A stretch of DNA of 64,000 nucleotides from a virus. Below the pieces are notes generated by a model. The model saw only the letters and a program-made list of their open reading frames with translations. It was not told the origin of the DNA and made no database searches. Position numbers and translations under genes: made by a program. Shown piece after piece: positions 59,239 to 64,000 of the stretch. Each line of letters begins with the position of its first letter. Position 1 is the stretch's first letter. The stretch spans positions 32,001 to 96,000 of IMG/VR virus record IMGVR_UViG_3300033148_006706; one strand, written 5' to 3'.

Positions 59239-60392
59239 ATTAAAAAATCGGGCTGTTTTCCAATGAATGACATATTCTTAATCCCAAATTCTTTACTAAC
59301 AGATAAAAACTGTTTTTTAAATAGCGCCCCATTTTGTTCACTGGAATTATAAATATTTGAATTATCAAAATCAAATCCTCCTAAAACAATCTCTTCAAAT
59401 TCTTCATAAATAGCCTGTAAAACAAGAAGAATTCCTGTACTCCAATTTCTCTGTTCTTTGAATAGAAAGACTCCCAATTGCTTATTTTCATATTCTTCAA
59501 ATCCATCAAACTTTAAAGTAAATATATCATAATCATAATTATTGTTAAGCTTATATTGAAGCGCCTTATCAACCATATATTTTTCTCTACAGCCAACTGC
59601 TTTAATAGTCCTTACATTTTCCACTTCTCTATATGCTTCATTACATACCCATATCCTATGTCGCCACTTATTTATAAATTTTTTAACTGATGGTTGTAGA
59701 CGAGATTTGCCATTCCCCAATATTAAAACTTTTTCATTTAATACAATATGAGCGTTCTTATTATTTACCTCAAGATGATTTATCCCCTTTAAATACAATT
59801 TTGCATAATAATCTGAAGGCTCATCACTCATAATAAAAGGCTTATGATCCTTCCCTATAAATATTACTTTATCCAGTCCAAGCTCATCTCGTATAAGTCG
59901 CCAATTCCTTACCCATTTCTCCTTATTCTTTATATGATGATTTTGTACATATATATCTTTTCCACCTAGATCAAATCCAATTACATAAATTTTATCATAT
60001 CCTTTTATTATAGCCCTTGCTACCAAGGTACTGCCAGAGTCTTTAATAAATAATCCAGGAATATCAATCATTTCTACACCCGGAAGCGTTTTAGCTTTTG
60101 GATTTTTTCCAAATATGCGATATTTACCCCCGTATCTTTTTTTATATTCTACAATTTCTTTTAATGCCGATATATCGCCAATTATTAAATCTAATCTTGG
60201 AAGCGAACCGTTATAGTATTCTAAATAAGCTGAATTACAGGCCCAAATTTCCCCGCTCCATTTTTGTATAAAATCCTGATGTTCTAATCTTGATATTCCA
60301 TTTCCAACAATAAGCACTTCTTTTATTTTTTTTATAGAATTCTGGTGGCTGTTATTTAAATTTTTATTTTCAATAATTGAAGGATTTTTCAT
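59235..60392 (-). CDS. Double-domain sialyltransferase-like protein 2
   Basis: Two copies of GNGxSR..W.CN.AY..(S/T)G..A..GFD. Confidence 0.75.
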   Translation of the reverse strand: MKNPSIIENKNLNNSHQNSIKKIKEVLIVGNGISRLEHQDFIQKWSGEIWACNSAYLEYYNGSLPRLDLIIGDISALKEIVEYKKRYGGKYRIFGKNPKAKTLPGVEMIDIPGLFIKDSGSTLVARAIIKGYDKIYVIGFDLGGKDIYVQNHHIKNKEKWVRNWRLIRDELGLDKVIFIGKDHKPFIMSDEPSDYYAKLYLKGINHLEVNNKNAHIVLNEKVLILGNGKSRLQPSVKKFINKWRHRIWVCNEAYREVENVRTIKAVGCREKYMVDKALQYKLNNNYDYDIFTLKFDGFEEYENKQLGVFLFKEQRNWSTGILLVLQAIYEEFEEIVLGGFDFDNSNIYNSSEQNGALFKKQFLSVSKEFGIKNMSFIGKQPDFLI

Positions 60393-61501
60393 GCTATATA
60401 TTTTTCTCTATTTAAGAATTTTGGTTGCCCCTCAACAAATTTAATTTTATTTACATTAAACCAGCATCTTATTAAATTCATCTGTTTTCTATACGTTAGC
60501 CCTTCTACCGCCCTGTTCTTATAGATATGATCTCCCCCAAAATCAAAACCACTTAACCATATCATATCATACTCTTCATACAAAGCTTGTACTAAAAGAA
60601 GCATGCCCGTTTTAAAAGAATTAGTATAAAACAGCTTAACATCTTTGTTGACTTTTTCTATAGTATAAACATCATAATCAAGATTATGCTTCTCTTTAAA
60701 CTCAAGCATATCAAAAACTAAATGCGTAAACCTGGTTCCTACTCTATCAATTCTATTAAGATTATTATATTCTCTGTAATATGCATCATTACAAACCCAT
60801 ATTTCTTCTCTCCAATTTTTTATAAATCTTCTATTAAGAGAATTCTCTCTACTTCTTCCATTTCCTAAAATAAGCACGTTATTAGTTCTTTTAACATTCT
60901 CTTCTTGATAACTTTTTACAGGATAATTAACAAAAAAGTTTTCTTTTAAATGATCTTCTCCATTCATATATTTTCTAGCATAACTATTTATAGGCATCTC
61001 ACTTAATATGAAAGGCTTATGATCTATTCCCACAAAATGAATTCTTTCTAATCCAAACACCCTTGCTATTTTTCTCCAATTATCCACCCATTTACTTTTA
61101 TTTCTTCTTTCATGATTTTTTACATATATATCTTTTCCGCCCAGATCAAATCCTACTAAAAATATCTTACCATAATTTTCATATAATGCCTTTACAACAA
61201 GCGTTGACCCGGAATCTTTAATATATCTTTCTGGAATTTCAACTTTTTTTACTTCTGGTATACTTAATGCTTTTGTATTTTTACATAATAATTTATAATT
61301 TAATTTATATCTTTTTTTAGCTCTATAAGCTTCTTTTAATGCATCCTTATCTCCTATTAGAATATCTATTCTTGGAATTTTTTTATCAATCAGGTCTTTA
61401 AAAGCCCAATTGCAAGTCCAAATTTCTCCTTGCCATTTTTGTATAAAATCCTGATGTTCTAATCTTGATATTCCGTTACCTATAATAAGAACTTCTTTCA
61501 C
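60389..61501 (-). CDS. Double-domain sialyltransferase-like protein 1
   Basis: Two copies of GNGxSR..W.CN.A..(S/T)G..ALY..GFD.GG. Confidence 0.75.
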   Translation of the reverse strand: MKEVLIIGNGISRLEHQDFIQKWQGEIWTCNWAFKDLIDKKIPRIDILIGDKDALKEAYRAKKRYKLNYKLLCKNTKALSIPEVKKVEIPERYIKDSGSTLVVKALYENYGKIFLVGFDLGGKDIYVKNHERRNKSKWVDNWRKIARVFGLERIHFVGIDHKPFILSEMPINSYARKYMNGEDHLKENFFVNYPVKSYQEENVKRTNNVLILGNGRSRENSLNRRFIKNWREEIWVCNDAYYREYNNLNRIDRVGTRFTHLVFDMLEFKEKHNLDYDVYTIEKVNKDVKLFYTNSFKTGMLLLVQALYEEYDMIWLSGFDFGGDHIYKNRAVEGLTYRKQMNLIRCWFNVNKIKFVEGQPKFLNREKYIA

Positions 61502-62211
61502 TTAAATTTCTCCTTTAGCAATAATTCAACAATTCTAAAGTCCGTCTTTACATCTATTTCAAAATGGGTATAATAGTCCATTATAAAAAGCCCAACCGGA
61601 TCAGTTAACCTGTTTTTTGATTTAATAATATTACTAATCGTGTTTATATACATAGCCCCGTTTTCCATATAAATGTTATTTTTGTAAAAACGCTTCTCTT
61701 GCCTTAAAGGCCTAGATTTAAAATCATAATTCAAGGGAATAGCCCGAGATTTTTGATATTTATGGGAAAAACTTTCAGTCCATAAAAACCTGTGATTTAG
61801 ATCCGCTACTGATAACATTGAATTGTATGACCCCTTTTCATATTCATCAATCATTTTATTAACATCCTTATAATTAAGCAAAGGATTAGTAGCTTGGACA
61901 AGTATAAAAACGTCTTCATTATTTTCGTATCCTTTTCCCAAATACTCCAATATAGCATCCTCGGTTGTTGAATTATCTTGTGCATTTTTATGTTCCCTAT
62001 CATAAAAGATAATTTTATTAAATTGAAATTTTTTTATTATTAATTTATATTCTTCCGAATCGATTGCAACTATTATTTTATTAACTTTACTTTGCTGTAG
62101 AGCACTTAAAACCCAATATACTAGAGGTCTATGATTAATCTTTTTTATATTCTTATCTTTTATTCCTTTACTGCCACTTCTTATAGGAACAAACGATATT
62201 ATATTATTCAT
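61498..62211 (-). CDS. neuA: Acylneuraminate (nonulosonate) cytidylyltransferase
   Basis: P.RSGSKGI.DKN...PL, QATNPL, ENGAMY, EID..DF. Confidence 0.92.
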   Translation of the reverse strand: MNNIISFVPIRSGSKGIKDKNIKKINHRPLVYWVLSALQQSKVNKIIVAIDSEEYKLIIKKFQFNKIIFYDREHKNAQDNSTTEDAILEYLGKGYENNEDVFILVQATNPLLNYKDVNKMIDEYEKGSYNSMLSVADLNHRFLWTESFSHKYQKSRAIPLNYDFKSRPLRQEKRFYKNNIYMENGAMYINTISNIIKSKNRLTDPVGLFIMDYYTHFEIDVKTDFRIVELLLKEKFK

Positions 62212-62223
62212 ATAATATTAGTC
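62212..62223 (-). promoter_or_regulatory. Putative late promoter variant GACTAATATT (leaderless)
   Basis: Same offset to ATG as other leaderless sites; no SD. Confidence 0.55.
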
Positions 62224-62225
62224 AC

Positions 62226-62828
62226 TTAAAAAATATAATCAAATCTTTCTAAATCATCAGCATATAAAGTACTAACTATATCAACAGATTTTTTATCGTA
62301 ATATTCTTTATAATTTTTTCTTCGTGGCGCTCCGAAACTTTTATTAATCTGTTTAGGCTGTGGTATTCCTATTAAATCAAATATGTGGCGTATTTCTTTT
62401 TCAAAGTTTTCAAATCTTGCAATATAATCATAATTTTTACTACCTTTAGGAATTGCAAACCAACGTAACTGCGGTACATAGTGTATTTTATGTAAAGACT
62501 CTTTTAATTGAGTTTGAATAAAATCGTTAAAATCTTTTTTTATAGCACTAAATACTTTATTGTCATTTAAATCTTTTTGAGAAAGTGAACCTCTGTTTGC
62601 CCGTGACCAATACGAAACAAGTCTATCAAAAGGATTTCTTACAATAGTAAACGTAAAGTATTTATCCCATTTTTTGGGGTACGCTTGTATGTATCGAATT
62701 GGGAAGGCATGTCTCCCACCTACTTCTTTTGGATTTATGACCATATTTTCATCAAATAATGCATTTATCGTATGCCCTCCAGTACGAGGAATACTTACAA
62801 AAATCGTCTTGTACTTATCACTTACCAT
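62226..62828 (-). CDS. Sulfotransferase family 2 protein
   Basis: IFVSIPRTGG (5'-PSB), VRNPFDRLVSYW (3'-PB), H..PQ, RFE, Y..D...F.Y; start MVSDKY at 62828. Confidence 0.88.
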   Translation of the reverse strand: MVSDKYKTIFVSIPRTGGHTINALFDENMVINPKEVGGRHAFPIRYIQAYPKKWDKYFTFTIVRNPFDRLVSYWSRANRGSLSQKDLNDNKVFSAIKKDFNDFIQTQLKESLHKIHYVPQLRWFAIPKGSKNYDYIARFENFEKEIRHIFDLIGIPQPKQINKSFGAPRRKNYKEYYDKKSVDIVSTLYADDLERFDYIF

Positions 62829-62832
62829 ATTA

Positions 62833-63033
62833 TTATACTCTCGTTGTTTGTAATATGAAGAACCCATGCCCATTAGGCCAGCTTTTATAATTATCTTTAT
62901 ATCTACACCCTTGTACACCCCCCCAAGAAATATCATCCCAAAAGATAAATATCTTATCCACATAATCAGTTATCGAATTTATAGACTGCTGGACAAAATC
63001 TTCCCCATAAAGACATCTATATATTGCTATCAA
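62833..63033 (-). pseudogene. 66-aa ORF resembling the N-terminus of a GT-A glycosyltransferase (remnant?)
   Basis: YRCLYGEDFVQQSINSITDYVDKIFIFWDD resembles GT2 beta1-alpha1-beta2; far too short to be a full enzyme. Confidence 0.45.
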
Positions 63034-63721
63034 AATTCTTAATAAACTCCTTTAATTTTTCAGCATCCCGTATTCTTTCCCATTCTTTCTCTCTATATAA
63101 TGCTTTTACTTTATCTCGTTTTCTTCTCGCCCTTTGATCTCTATATGTGTCATCCAACTCTGACTTACCCACACTGAAATGTAAATGCTCTATATACAGA
63201 TCAGGTATATATACAAGCCTATCTATTCTTTTTGCTAAATCAGTAAGCCAAGTATCGTTATAATCTGCACTAAAGTAGGGAGGTACAAAATATCCTACTG
63301 TTTCTATCCAATTTTTATGAATAAAGCCATGGGTTCCTAACTCCCCACTATCTACAATTCCATCTCTACCGTATACGAATAAAATTTTATCAGGATATTT
63401 TTCAAATTCGCTTTTAACAATTCTATCCCATTCTTTTGTTTTATAAACAAGATCATCTCCTGCATGATGATAAATAGGACCTGTTGCTTTTCTGTAGCAT
63501 TCATTCCACATATTACTAAGTACAATCCTTTCACCAATAATGAATTTTATATTATAATTTTTTTGCAATTCTAGTGCTTTATCTCTTGATCTTTTATCGT
63601 CATTATCAATATAAAAAACAATTTCAACACTATTAGAATCCTCTGCTTTAGAAAATGCTGAATTGCATAATCTTTCCATTCCTGACGGTCTGTTTCTTGT
63701 TGGCACTAGTAAACTAATCAA
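63017..63721 (-). CDS. Glycosyltransferase family 2
   Basis: SLLVPTRNRP, IDNDD, WN, AGDD (DxD-like), Y.DTW, IEHLH. Confidence 0.88.
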   Translation of the reverse strand: MISLLVPTRNRPSGMERLCNSAFSKAEDSNSVEIVFYIDNDDKRSRDKALELQKNYNIKFIIGERIVLSNMWNECYRKATGPIYHHAGDDLVYKTKEWDRIVKSEFEKYPDKILFVYGRDGIVDSGELGTHGFIHKNWIETVGYFVPPYFSADYNDTWLTDLAKRIDRLVYIPDLYIEHLHFSVGKSELDDTYRDQRARRKRDKVKALYREKEWERIRDAEKLKEFIKNFDSNI

Positions 63722-63725
63722 CTTT

Positions 63726-64000
63726 TTACTCTCCTATTCTAATTATTTCCACTCCGGGCTGATCTTTTATATATCTCCAGGGGTCAAGAATACAAGAGCC
63801 TTTTGGAAAAGAATATGTTCCAAATTCTTTATGTCTTGTTCCAATAAAATAGATAGCTGGCTCTTGTAATGGAGGGGGACTTTTATCAATATACGGATCA
63901 TACATTTGAGCATCTATATCTTTTTCCCTTAGTATATTCTTTAAAAGGATAGCGGGGCTACCAACTTCTAAATTAGTCTGTTCTTTAAACGCTTTTCCTA
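63726..64000 (-). CDS. UDP-glucose/GDP-mannose dehydrogenase family, C-terminal part (5'-truncated by window)
   Basis: My translation: GKAFKEQTNLEVGSPAILL..MYDPYID..IGTRHKEF..ILDPWR..IRIGE*. Confidence 0.8.
   Translation of the reverse strand, partial: GKAFKEQTNLEVGSPAILLKNILREKDIDAQMYDPYIDKSPPPLQEPAIYFIGTRHKEFGTYSFPKGSCILDPWRYIKDQPGVEIIRIGE

Noticed and set aside
62829-62963. N-terminal extension of the sulfotransferase given by the ORF track (likewise extensions at 4501, 16983, 31311, 45473)
   Set aside because: Extensions overlap upstream genes or lack SDs; family motifs or paralog context begin at the downstream ATG.
63860-63890. Possible frameshift at the G/C homopolymer in the dehydrogenase gene
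   Set aside because: On recount the run is five bases and the frame continues intact (..IDKSPPPLQEP..) to the stop at 63726.
1-64000. Alternative genetic code (stop reassignment, seen in some large phages)
   Set aside because: Recognisable genes are full length in code 11. Repeat Trp codons are TGG, and TAA, TAG and TGA all serve as gene ends.
1-64000. tRNA, rRNA, integrase, transposase, intron or intein
   Set aside because: None recognised by eye, and intergenic gaps are short; a tRNAscan/Infernal run would be needed to exclude small RNAs formally.

Overview
AT-rich segment of a large contractile-tailed (myovirus, probably jumbo-class) bacteriophage, read in standard genetic code 11. The + strand block (1-48469) is the late/virion region. 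It holds a ~21 kb cluster of modular, probably head-packaged proteins, a T4-like tail sheath/tube/tape-measure/baseplate module, two fibre genes and a lysis cassette (class-3 lipase, M23-type endolysin, holins). The - strand block (48470-64000) carries primase, a DnaX-type clamp loader, rIIA/rIIB, dTMP kinase and a glycan cluster: CMP-nonulosonate synthetase, three double-domain sialyltransferase-like proteins, a sulfotransferase, a GT2 and a nucleotide-sugar dehydrogenase. The most striking feature is a family of eight genes. Each ends in 26-53 perfectly phased G-x-W-x-x pentapeptides plus one shared C-terminal cap, fused to three unrelated N-terminal domains; five of them are tandem, mosaic paralogs. 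Other signals are a portable 'L(E/T)(K/R)GDKIxI' peptide tag and MI(K/R)I...xE leaders (candidate capsid-targeting/protease sites), a TTACTAATATA late-promoter motif apparently giving leaderless mRNAs, a start-less +1-frame ORF before the tape measure gene (candidate programmed frameshift), and codon-conserved GGCATCGG boxes in the fibre tip. All product calls come from motif recognition by eye; no database searches were run.
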